Assembly (NCBI GenBank): GCA_951406725.2
Contig: OX597814.1
Location: 35,960,001-36,024,000, forward strand
Source: Octopus vulgaris
Taxonomy: Eukaryota
DNA: 64,000 nucleotides
Direction of reading: 5' to 3'
Shown: in pieces, positions 1 through 11,869 of the stretch
Layout: every line of letters starts with the position of its first letter
How positions within the stretch are numbered: position 1 is the first letter of the stretch
Notes under the pieces: generated by a model
Seen by the model: the letters and a program-made list of their open reading frames with translations, nothing else
What the model was told of the DNA's origin: nothing
Database searches by the model: none
Made by a program: the position numbers and the translations under genes

Positions 1-1029
1 TTTTGATGTGGCGGGCTCCCCTGCTTTCAGAGGTGTCTTCAGCTCTGGCGTTGGGTGCATGTCTTCTTTCTTCTTCTTGCACCCTATAAATCTTTATTCT
101 ATCACTATTCTTAAAACCTGTGCTGAATATTTCAAGCTTTTAGCACTTTCTTTCAGTTCACACTAGCATTAGGGATCTAAAACAGGCTGCTTCAGTCCTA
201 CGAGGGAAACTCTATGCAATTTCTGAAGCATCTAGAAACAGCTACTAAATATTCTCTAACATTACAAACAATTTAAAAACAAAGGAAAAATTAGAAAATG
301 TCCCAAATATACAAGATATATAGGATAACCAAAGCTGGAATATCATTGAGCATAGATCATGGGTCTGCTAAATTAAGTCTCATCTAAATTGGAACTAACA
401 AAAATTCGAGTTAAACATCAAAAGAAAAAAATCTTAATGTCATGGAAAGGCTCATAATGTTTATGATTTTTGCTCAATTACATTGCTTTATGTATAAAAC
501 GAGCTACTTGTCAGTATCACGCATACATCTTTCTCAAACCTCTCTATTATACTCTGAGAAAAAATCCCCCGCAGAAGTTAACTACTTGCCTATGTAATAG
601 TTATCTGTGTGGGTGTGTGTGAGCTGGTGTGTGTGTGTGTGTACGTATGTATGTATGTATGTTTTTCCTTTGAGTGTTATGTAAGTTCTTCTTCAGAAAG
701 TTAAAAGATTTTCCTGCGTTTGTAGATACGTAGTTAAGTTGATGTCTTGGTTGAACTGTTAATGCATGCACCCAAGTGTGTATATCTAATCACATAAGAA
801 TCTCAGATGGAAGAGTCTTGGAATGTCTTAAAATCTTCACTCTGTCACTAATACACTGGATTTGGAGAATCTGCACCTATTTCTTTTGCTCTTTCACTGT
901 GAAACTGAGTATTTGTAGGTTTTTGCATAAATTTGTTGGTACATAACCCACTGTATCTTTGATGAGAGGTACAAATGAGAATTCATAGTCAGGGTACAAA
1001 AGTTGTATGTTCCAATTTATTTGCCATGT

Positions 1030-1401
1030 AGACTCGGCAAGCGCAAGTGAGACCATAACATTGTGGCCTATACCAGGGGTGTAACCAATCCATTTATGCG
1101 TGCCTTTCCTTCATTGGACACTAAACTCTGCTTGCGAAGACTTGTTGAAGCAAGTGAAATCGAAATTGAAATCAAATTCGAAGTGTGCTAGTGGAGCGCT
1201 AAGCGTACCATACAAGTGAGATCAGGGCCAGAGCAACAAGCTAGCCTCTGAGCCAATGGCCCGTTAAAAACACCATTTCAGCATGATCGTTACCTGTGTT
1301 GCCTTACTAGCACTTGTGCTGGTGGCACGTAAAAAAACATTCGAGTGAGGTCATTGCCAGTGCTGCTGGACTGGCTCCTGTGCAGGTGGCACGTAAAAAG
1401 C
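1030..1401 (+). mobile_element. Internal fragment of the (GAT)n-tailed SINE family inserted in the R4 relic
   Basis: Carries the internal repeat unit ...tggcacgtaaaaa(gc) also seen in the copy at 8014-8608. Confidence 0.65.
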
Positions 1402-1728
1402 TGCCATGTTTGCACTGGATTAATGTTTTCATTGGGGGTGTTTCACCAGTATTCCTTATTCTTAAAGGTGTGAATATTGCTGGTTCTGTCATACCTTTAA
1501 TGAATACATCAGGGAAATCCTTCCTGCAGATAGTGTCGTAAATAGTCTGTACAACTATATCATGCCTCAGGAACAGGTAGAATCTCATAGTCATTTTGGT
1601 GCTGCTACTAATGATGTAGGTGATATCTTCCACACCGGTATAGCAGAGCCAACTTTTTTTTATCACAATGTGGAGGTTTGGCGGTGTCTTTACTCCTCTT
1701 GTTTATCAGGTATTTAGCAGATATACAT

Positions 1729-1883
1729 TATGGTGTTAGGAAGGGTATCCAGCTGTAGAAAAACTGCCAGATCAGATTGGAGCCTGGTGCAGCCTCCAGG
1801 CTTCCCAGACCCTGGTTGAACTGTCCAACCCATGCTAGCACGGAAAACGGATGTTAAACGATGATGATGATGATGATGATGAT
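1729..1883 (+). mobile_element. 3' part of SINE family A (RTE-like tail ending in (GAT)n)
   Basis: ggtgttaggaaggg(c/t)atccagctgtagaaa...ccaacccatgctagcacggaaaacggatgttaaacgatgatgat, shared with many other copies in the window. Confidence 0.85.
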
Positions 1884-3059
1884 TCTGTTCCTGGATAGAA
1901 AAAGCATATTCTTCTAGATGGGATATAATGTATCTATTGTAGGTCCATGAGAAGCTACAATGCTGTTGTTGCCCTCTAACTTACAGGCTATGCATTGCTT
2001 TTTGCTGGTATGATGTTTGCTTCTTCTCCAAGCTTCTGTTTAGCTAGGCCTGTTCAGCCTCCTTTGAGTCACACTGAGAAAATTGTATTTTCAGAGTAGC
2101 TGTACAGTAGTTCTCCAACTCTGAAGATGTTGTAGTTCTCATTTTTGAGCATGACTGGAATGTATTCATTCTTTTCTTTACTATTCTACAGGTGTTGTCT
2201 GAGTGATACAATGCAACAGTCAAAGGCAATTTAGAGCCTCTGCTGCTATCATTCCATCTGACATAAAACCTATCGGTGTCAGTGCTAATGTGAATGTTGC
2301 TAGTGGTGGTCAGTACACTTCTGGTTTTGATGTCCAGGTTGTGTATCTCATCAAGAGTCCAGTCCAATATCATAAGTGTTGGTACTATCACTGATTCTGC
2401 AAAAACATTGTGTGATATGGTCTTGTTGAATACAGACAGTTCAGATTTCCAGAATCTACAGAAGTACGCTTTTGTTATGCAACATTCTCATTGGTTCTGA
2501 AGTACTTGTAGCTTTCATCATTAGAGATAGGGGAAACAGAGAAGCCACTGATGTTCATGTTCTCTGTCTGGTCAACAATCTTTCCTTGGTTGATTATCAT
2601 GTATGAGCATTTATCTTGCCCAAAATCCATTCCTATATCTCGTGGTAATGTTGTGACTCGTTCTAATAATCTTCTCTTCATAATGGTCATATTACTAGAA
2701 TATAACTTAATTTTATTCTTTTCTACAGATCTCAGCATGTAACCTTGGCATTTTGCTAACAGGGCTGACTAGGGATTCACTACCAGTACAAACAACATGA
2801 CAGATAAACTATCACCCTGGAATATGCCTGTTGATAGCATAATTCTATTTGTAACAATAGGTATTGCTTTAGTAGTAGTCAGTGATAACTGTGTGGACCA
2901 TGTTGTTATCAGTCTTTCAATGGCATTCACTAAAGCACTTGGTACTTTGGTAAGGTGTAGTGATTCTATCATCTATAATGGAAGCACAGAATAGAATGCC
3001 ATCTTGTAATCTAGCCATATCATTAAGAGTTTACAGCAATTCTGCTTGGCTTCCTTATG

Positions 3060-3261
3060 TTGTTGTTGTTAAGCAACAAGACGGATAAGGGTGATTTAGG
3101 TGATAGTCTAGGGCTTAGGGGTGGGAGAAAGAAAAAAATGGAAAAAAAACTTTGGTTGTCTTGTTGTAGTCGAGGGCTCTTTGTTGACGCCCAACACCAC
3201 TGGGAGGTGGCCCTTGAAGTCGCTGGAAATGGAGATCTCTAAGTCCAAATTCTTGAATGGC
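3060..3261 (-). mobile_element. ~200-bp retroposed insert with (CAA)n tail and 13-bp TSD, splitting the R4 RT
   Basis: TGGCTTCCTTATG at 3047-3059 and 3262-3274; (TTG)n at left end; the RT peptide KEA is duplicated across the insert. Confidence 0.8.
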
Positions 3262-3409
3262 TGGCTTCCTTATGGACAGCTTTGTTGAGGAGGAGCTGTT
3301 CAGCACAGCCCCAGACTCCTTTCTTTCCTCTTGCCTGTTCATCAGTTATCACAATATTTGTTTGGCAGTGGTCTTGGAGAAACATATTCAGATGACACGC
3401 ATACAGTTT

Positions 3410-3480
3410 GTATGTATGTATGTATGTATGTATGTATGTATGTATGTATGTATGTATGTATGTATGTATGTATGTATGTA
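3410..3480. repeat. (TATG)n microsatellite at the 5'-truncation point of the R4 element
   Basis: Perfect tetranucleotide run; the same motif lies at 645-661 at the other end of the element. Confidence 0.95.
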
Positions 3481-4714
3481 TATATGTATCTATGTATGCA
3501 TGCACGCATGTGTGTGTGTATGTATTCATGTATCTATGTAGATGTGTGTATATATGTATATAAGTACATAATCTCATATTTTTGTATATATAAGACATAA
3601 TCGTTCAGTGTGTCTATTTATATTAGTGTAAGATGAAAACTTGTAAAATAGTGAGGTATGAAAAAGAAGCAAAACGTTAGGGAATTAACTTCTAAATATT
3701 TACAAGAATATTTCAAAGTTATGCAACAGTACAACTCTCCTTGCTAATATGCGAACAATACTTCTTTCATTTCTAGAAAAAAAATTGCTCTAGTTTTGTT
3801 ACGACAGTGAAAGTCAGTCCGTGTTAGACAGTGAGTGGAAGTAATAGAGAAGTGAATCTGAGTTTAAGGATAGTAACATGAAAAGAGGGAGGAATTGGTC
3901 ACAGCTAATGAACGAGAGCTAGCTAGAGAGAGAGAGAGAGAGGGGAGAGAGAGAATAAAGAAGTAGAGAGGGGGAGAGATAATATATTCTTATAAGAATA
4001 TATTAAAATTGGAATTTTTGAGATTTTTCTGTTATTTTAGATTATTTAGAATTATTTAGATTTTTATTTAGATTATTTAGAATTTCGGTTACAGATATAC
4101 ATATACTTACTCTATGATCATTATATATAAGAATCTGAAAGATGAAAGACATGATTTTAAGAGAAAAATTATTCTTTCTGTGTTCTTTACCACTTCCTTT
4201 CTTTTCTTTTCATATCTTCTGATATCTTTCAATGGTTCTTGTCTGAAAACATCATAATTATGCCGTTTGATTAGTTCTGACAATTCCTCTTTTCATACTG
4301 AATTCCTATTGCATTGCAACCGTTATAACAATGGCAACAACCATAACTATATCAACACCATCAACTATTTGACGTTACAGTAGAAATAATGTAAGAAAAT
4401 ATTCTCTGAAGCTAAATAGAAATGCTGATGATGATAGGTGCAGATAAGTGAAGCAGGTAGCATGGAGCTTAACTAAGTTACAATAATATGAGGCTTGAAA
4501 TGATTTGAATTGTTTTTAATCAAAGCTTGAACAACATTGTTTTCATATGTAAACTTGACAAACAGAGTGAAAAACGGAGAGAGAGATAGAGTGAGAGCCA
4601 GAGAGTGAAAGGTGAGGAGAAATACATAGAAAGAGAGATTATAAAACTCCTTGATAAATGAACTCCAGTGAAAGTGAAACAATCAACATTGGCTATGGCT
4701 ATTGCACTCACATA

Positions 4715-5257
<543 letters not shown>

Positions 5258-6467
5258 ATACTGCAATCATTCCTAAAGCTGCCAATTTAAAATATAAACA
5301 GTCAGTGAAACAAATGAGAGAGAACACGTCTTGACTATTCTTGACATATATAAACATAGCGTGAAATATGCAGAAATAGGAGACAGTTCCATAACTTATT
5401 AAAATACATTATGAGTAATGTGTTGGATCAATAGGTCACACTAAATAAAAGACAGAAACAGTTATAGGTCTGCTTGACTCACAGCTTGCTATGATGATTC
5501 AATAAAATTAAGAAGAAGAACCACAGTGGCTGGAATAATATTATTCTACTAAGGCAGTCAGTTCAGACTTTAGGCTCCAAACACATCAAAGGTTATTGAG
5601 AAGTCTTAGGTTTTACCACCTCGCATATGCATACAAAAATTCTGATTCTATTATGATACAAAATATCAGCGAAGCTCAAGTATAAGTAAATAAATAAATA
5701 TATCAGTGAATATATCAATAGCAGTGAGGGCACTGCATTATCTATTAATAAACTGCAGCTTACAACACCCTGTTTAACATTGAAGTAAACAGAATCAAAC
5801 AAACCATTGTCAATAACTTTAGCTGATGAAACCATAAAGCAAGTGGTTATGAAAGAAAAACAGATGGGAAGGAAAGCTCAATAACAAAGAGAGCAGCATG
5901 CCCAGAGGCATGCATGCAATATATTAACAAGATCAAATGTATCCCCCAATGTAAAAAAAAAAAAAAAAAAATTAATAAAACACTTTCTATAAGAGAATCT
6001 GCAAACAGAAAAATCCAAATGCATAAATAGTGACGCTCAACCTAAATTAATCACGTTTCAAAAGTAACAATAGAAGGAAAACATCTTAAACACTACAATA
6101 ATTTTAAACAAAATGGTGGCAGTGGGTAAAAAAAAATGGAAAAAAAATCTTCATTTTATACAGCTCATACACATGACAGTCAGTGAATGGAATGTTGAAT
6201 ATGACAGACAAGAGATTTACATCAAGAAAATACACATTTTTTTTCTCTTCTATTTTTTTTTTTATCCCTTTTAAATGTCCAAACTCTTAAAAATTTGATC
6301 ACGAAAGTTGCTAAGTCATCATGCTTGGCAATAAAATCGTAAATATTTTTCAAACCACAAGTTTACTACATTTCAACAATACAGAATTAACGACATTACT
6401 AGTTATTCTAATTTCAAAAGAGTAAAACAGTTGCTAGAAATGAGAGGTGGAGGAGGTAGACACTTAC

Positions 6468-6513
6468 CATAGCAAGACTTTACATAATAATGGGATTGGT
6501 GAGAGATTTGGTG
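6468..6513 (-). other. Candidate 46-nt exon of a host gene
   Basis: Minus strand: ttctgttttcctttgcacctcaacccag | 46 nt | gtaagtg. Two open frames (HQISHQSHYYVKSCY or PNLSPIPLLCKVLL); no recognisable homology. Confidence 0.3.
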
Positions 6514-6948
6514 CTGGGTTGAGGTGCAAAGGAAAACAGAATGTAGTATTTGATGGCAAAGGAAAAGAAAGTAGAAAAAGATGATAGATGGAGTAATCTA
6601 AGATGAAACAAAAAGCTAGATCAATTTCATTCTGAAAAACATGTAGCATTTCGAAATGAGTCCAAATAAACAAGGATGTCATTAGAAAAAGACTGTTTGA
6701 AATGTCACACTATTTCCTTGTGATAATTAAAAGAGAAAAGCTTAGATGTATTACAATGATAAGCATCTAATCAATATACTACTCCAGAGACTTTCAGATA
6801 TCCAAGAAGGTGATCAGGTACCAAGAAATAGAAATTTTACGACCACCTTTCAACACACACACATTCACAAACATACATTAGCTAACAAAATGTTTGAAAA
6901 AAGCTCCTTTGTTAACAAATGCCTTTTATGTAAAATACATTAAATAAT

Positions 6949-7172
6949 CTAGAAATGAGAGGTGGAGGAGGTAGACACTTACCATAGCAAGACTTTACAT
7001 AATAATGGGATTGGTGAGCAAAATACTTCATTTCACATTGCTCCAGTCCACTGAGGTGCAAAGGAAAACAGTATCGCTGCGTTGGACTGGCGTCCCATCC
7101 AGCTGGGGAACACATACGCCATAGAAACCAGGAAACTGGGCCCATGAGCCTGGCTAGGCTTTAAAAGGGTGC
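6949..7172 (+). mobile_element. Chimaera of duplicated local sequence and the 3' half of SINE family C
   Basis: 6949-7018 is identical to 6434-6503 and 7052-7071 is identical to 6520-6539, interleaved with SINE C sequence ending gcccatgagcctggctaggctttaaaaggg. Confidence 0.8.
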
Positions 7173-7620
7173 ATTTATTTTTTTATAAAGTTATACAACA
7201 CACACACACACACACACACACAGTGGGTACTGCACATGGTCGTGAGTCAATAGCATAGAGTTTGTTCAGTGGACAATGAACACATTAGTGGCAGCAGTCC
7301 TTATGTTGGACATGATGGTGTTGAATACAATTGTGAGTGTATGACCATCATGGGTGGCTATGTAACCATTGGTTGTAGGTGTGTTACTGAATATACTATG
7401 CCACAACCTGATGCCAAAGTCATAACAGCACCCTTCCCACATTCTATCCAAACATGTAGACTTTAAAATAAAGAAAATAGTTGGTGCCATTTTGATAGTA
7501 TTAACACCACATGATCAATAAATGTCTAAACAGAATTTATCTTGAATTTTTCTCAGAACTACCCTTCTGCCTTCTAGCATCTGATGTGACGGATGTGTCC
7601 TACATGCCAACAAACTTTAA

Positions 7621-7841
7621 CCCTTTTGTTAGTGTATTTATTTTGAGATGCTTTGTGTTTCTTTCAATTACTTTAAATATAACAAAGCATTTAGTAAAAT
7701 AACTTAGTTATCGTTCAGCTACTGTTAGGAACATAAATTGTGACTAAGGTTTGGTGGAAGATTTTTAATTCAAAACTTATGAAAACAAGACATTTGTACT
7801 TGGAGCCAGAGCCAGTTTCAGCTGGGTTGGTAATGAAAGGG
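7621..7841. mobile_element. piggyBac-type MITE
   Basis: TTAA at 7617-7620 and 7842-7845 flanking CCCTTT...AAAGGG termini. Confidence 0.75.
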
Positions 7842-7945
7842 TTAAGTAATGTGAAACTCAATCAAAATGTTATCAAAAATATATGTAACTTCTACTAAGT
7901 CTTGAGTGCTACTTTCTTTTGTCTGTTCATTCACTCACACTCACA

Positions 7946-7997
<52 letters not shown>

Positions 7998-8013
7998 TAC
8001 ACAAATACACACA

Positions 8014-8606
8014 TGCAGGAATGGCGAAGTGATTAACAAGTTTGCTTTGCAACCACAAAGTTTCAAGTTCAGTCCCATGTGTGGCACCTTGGGCAAGAAT
8101 CTACTATTATAGTGCTGGACATTTTATAGCCTTGCCAATGAATTTGGTAAAGGGAAACTGAAAAGAAGCCTATTGTATGTGCGAGTGTCTCCTTGGCTTG
8201 ACTTTGCACTTTTGTTATAAATGAGTGTGATCATTGCCAGTGCTGCCTGACTGGCTCCTGTGTCTGTAGCACATAAAAAGCACCATTTGAGCATGGTTGT
8301 TGCCAGTGCCGGCTGACTGGTCCCGTGTGGGTGGCACATAAAAAGCACTATTCAAGCGTGGTCAATGTCAGTACCACCTGACTGGCCATCATGGTACGTA
8401 AAAATCACCCACTACACTCTTAGAATGGTTGGTGTTAGGAAGGGCATCCAGCTGTAGAAACCTTGCCAGATCAGATTGGAGCTTGATGCAGCCTTCTGGC
8501 TTGCCAACCTTCTGCCTTGCCAACCTTCTGGCTTGCCAACCTTCTGTCAAGCCTTCTAACCCATGCCAGCATGGAAAGCAGATGTTAAACGACTACGATG
8601 ATAATG

Positions 8607-8608
<2 letters not shown>
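8014..8608 (+). mobile_element. Near full-length composite SINE (tRNA-like head, internal ~60-bp tandem units, family A (GAT)n tail)
   Basis: Head similar to family B, then about three gccagtgc...ggcac(a/g)taaaaagcac units, then the RTE-like tail. Confidence 0.8.
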
Positions 8609-8644
<36 letters not shown>

Positions 8645-8792
8645 ATACATATATATATCTCTTTCTAAAAATATATATAGTAGTAACAGAAAAGAGGAAT
8701 TTCAATAATCCCCGCGTGGTGGGTTGTAATGTATATAAGAAATTAAAAAAGAAAAATATGCACACTTACATGGTTTTAATATAATTTTCAAT

Positions 8793-8827
8793 ATATCGAC
8801 CGGTTTCGCTATCGCTATTCATGATAT
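8793..8827 (-). ncRNA. Minimal type-I hammerhead-like motif with A3-U8 core variant
   Basis: Minus strand AUAUC-AUGAAUA-GC GAUA GC-GAAA-CCGG-UC-GAUAU: 5-bp stem I, 2-bp stem II, palindromic stem III ACCGGU, GUC site. Lies in a ~240-bp module (~8680-8915) between TA-rich tracts. Confidence 0.55.
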
Positions 8828-8974
8828 TATGTTTTATTTATTTGAATATATATTTTTTCTTAAGAAGAAATTTGGTCCATGTTGTGTGTGTGTGATGAAA
8901 TTCACGAGTGAATGTATATATATATATATATGTATATATATATGTATATATATATATATGTGCATATATATATA

Positions 8975-9650
8975 AAATCAAAATAAGCAACAGGATATCA
9001 AGAAGTGATGCAGTATGACCATTTCAAGCAGCTCCATTTAATTGAACAATGCAATCATTACATCCTTTTAAAATACAGGACTATCATCAGCTGCACACAG
9101 AAATAAATAGAATTTTAATCAGTTGGACATATCAATATAATTATACTCAAATACTTTAACAGAGCATGGAGATAGAAGAAATCCATGTTGTCGCTATTGT
9201 AGCTATGAATATTTTACACTTCCTAGAAATGTATGAAGCTTACTGGGGTATAGCTTGTAAAGGATTGCGGTTCATTTTTAATTTATTAGTCTTTTTATAC
9301 ACTACTAAATCGAAAACTAGAGGACTGTCTGTTTAGAATGAAAGGCAAAAGTGATTTGACAGCTCATAGCTAGGTATGGTCATAAATATTTTCAAGATTT
9401 TAGGAGTAGTAAATTGGGTATAAAGTATCTGTCTATAAAGGAGGCTGGGTAGGGGAAGACCCCAAATCATGATGTTAATTATCAGTTAAAGGGGCAAGAT
9501 GCTAATAAAACCTGTGATGTTAATACAGAGGGAATTTTATCATGGGTTAATATGGGTGATTATTTATAAACAATATTGTTATGTTGTATACTGATAAAAT
9601 TTAAGATTATCAAAAATGATATCATAGCCAAATAGATAAAAATGTGTATA
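8975..9650 (-). mobile_element. Penelope-like terminal-repeat module, copy 1, with decayed hammerhead at 9009-9095
   Basis: Alignable by eye with 63195-63900. Minus strand UGCAG-CUGAUGA-...-GAAA-UGGUC-AUA-CUGCA; stem II poorly paired. Confidence 0.55.
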
Positions 9651-10386
9651 TATATCAACTTTCAACATTAAAAGGGAAAGATTACATAGAATCAGTTTAA
9701 TATTCATTCATATGCTTAATTATTTACTTATTAGGTGGTTTCTATAAAGACTGCTCTGGGCATTTACTTATGAAATACTGGAAAGACAAATATGCTATCA
9801 CTATATTAATTATAAGCCAAGAATCAGAAAAAAAAAAATTGTGTACAGATACACACCCATATTTATCTATGTGCACAGATACACACATATTTATACATTT
9901 TTATGGATATAGTATGACCTTCTTGCATAGACTTAAATAACTATAAATTATCTATCTCTATTTAAGAACAGTAACATTTATAGGGATAAGAGGTTAATAG
10001 GTAAGGATATCAAAGTAAGAAAACAAAATAATAAGAATTTATAGAAAAGGATAAAGAAATATATATAACTTAGATCTAAAGAGACAGGGTATTAAAATTT
10101 GAGGAAGGGAAGAGATAAAGATAACCCCAAAAGAGGAAGTTGTATAGGAGTTGTGAGGGCAGCTGCAGGTATTCAGACTGAAGAGATTTTATAATTTGCA
10201 ATGTTACAGGTTCTATTACATATAAGGTTTTATAGTTTCTAGGGGACTTATTTACATACAAGCCATTACAAATATACATAATATGATCAGTAGGGTAGAA
10301 CATCATAGAAAGGAACAAATAGTTTAATCACCAAAAACATGATGAAGTCAGACTAACAAGGCAGGAGTTTTATATATATATATATA

Positions 10387-10722
10387 TCATCATCATCATC
10401 GTTTAATGTCCGTTTTCCATGCTAGAATGGGTTGGACGGTTCGACAGGGGTCTGGGAAGCCAGGAGGCTGCCCCAGGCTCGTCTGATCTGGCAGTGTTTC
10501 TTCAGCTGGATGCTCTTCCTAACGCCAACCACTCCGTGAGTGTAGTGGGTGCTTTTACATGCCAAGGGAGGCTGGCAGTGGCCACAATCAATTGGTGCTT
10601 TCTATGTGCCACCGGCATGGAAGCCAGTCAAAGCAGCGCTGGCATAGGCCACATTTGGATGGTGCTATTTACATGCTACCAGCACAAGTACAACAACTGC
10701 AATTTCCACTTGATTTTTATTT

Positions 10723-10725
<3 letters not shown>
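10387..10725 (-). mobile_element. SINE family A copy
   Basis: (CAT)n followed by gtttaatgtccgttttccatgctag...ggatgctcttcctaacgccaaccac. Confidence 0.85.
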
Positions 10726-10808
<83 letters not shown>

Positions 10809-10819
10809 ACATATGTATA

Positions 10820-10857
<38 letters not shown>

Positions 10858-11052
10858 TATATCAATATATATATACATATATATATGTATATGTATATAG
10901 ATACATGTGTATATATAAATATATATATATATCATCAACAGCATGGCTATAGTTTAATGACTGAAACAATTAAAAAAGACACATTATATCGATTTATCTG
11001 TGTAAATATGTGTATGTGTATACTTGCATAAGTCTGTGTATGTATAGATATA

Positions 11053-11869
11053 CAAGGGAGTACTCAAAAATAACTGAAAACGTTCTTTGTGGGACAAACC
11101 TGTTATAGTTCAGGCATTTGCCACTACAAGTCACTTGATGCAACCCTCAGGCATCTGCCTGCCTACCAGCATTGTCGAATAAATTTATACTGGCACATGG
11201 TATGTCTTTGTTTTGCAGTGCTTCTCTACTGCTTGTTGATTTTTGCAATGACTGAAACAAAGGAACAGCGTGCTTCCATGAAATTTTGTTTTCTTCTGTG
11301 GCTTCCATGCCTTAGGAATGGTCACTTGTTGCTGGAAGACCAACCTCATTCAGGATGACTGTCAACTTCCCAAATGAATGAAAGCATCATGAAAATTCAG
11401 GAACTGATTTTGGAGGAACTTTACTGAACAATTGACTTACTTGTTTCTATGACTGGTGTAACCTGGAGCTCTTGCCAATGAATCTTGAGTGAGGAATTGC
11501 AAATGAAAAGAGTTGCAGCAAAATTTGTGTCTTGCTTGCTCATAGAAGACCAAAAGCAGTCATGATGGAATGTGTGCCGTGAACTGAAAGAACAGTTGGA
11601 AGTTGATCCAGACCATTTTTCAAAGGTCATCACTGGTGATGAAAGCTGGTGCTAGGGAATTTGCAGATGCGAAAGAGGTGAAGAAAAAAATGGCAGAGGT
11701 ATTAAAAGGCATCACTTCCTAAGAGTTCCAGCACTACTTTGAACAGTGGAAAACGTGCCTGGAACAATGCATTGCTTCAGATGGAGAATACTTTGAAGGT
11801 GATAAAAGTATAAACATATAAAACTAAATGAATATAATAATACTGCAAAATTCCAGTTTCTTTTGGGTG
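11053..11869 (+). mobile_element. Internally deleted mariner transposon relic
   Basis: MTETKEQRASMKFCF, LEDQPHSG, MKRVAAKFVSCLL, VITGDESW, then C-terminal FEQWKTCLEQCIASDGEYFEGDK; TIR-like ends; multiple stops. Confidence 0.85.

Larger units (their letters stand above)
662..3409 (-). mobile_element. Degenerate, 5'-truncated R4/Dong-clade non-LTR retrotransposon (RT + CCHC + restriction-like endonuclease), interrupted by three later insertions
   Basis: Minus-strand fragments in correct order: YKLYACHLN..DEQARGKKGVWGCAEQLLLNKAV (RT1-2), WLDYKMAF, GIFQGDSLSVMLFVLVVNP, DIGMDFGQDKC, LDIKTRSVLT..DTDRFYV (thumb), EDITYIISSSTKMTMRFYLFLRHD (CCHC/RHD), LLYPDYEFSFVPLIKDTVGYVP (RLE C-terminus). Many stops and frameshifts. 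Confidence 0.88.

Noticed and set aside
181-260. Hammerhead-like GAAACAGCU near the window start, and GAAACGUU on minus near 44770
   Set aside because: No matching CUGAnGA with paired stems could be placed.
7223-7500. Short ORFs on both strands of a GC-richer segment
   Set aside because: No recognisable motifs; possibly a transposon fragment but not supportable from sequence alone.
10419-11031. ORFs with long YI/IY, HT or CV runs here and throughout the ORF track
   Set aside because: They are translations of (TA)n, (CA)n and (TATG)n microsatellites plus SINE sequence.
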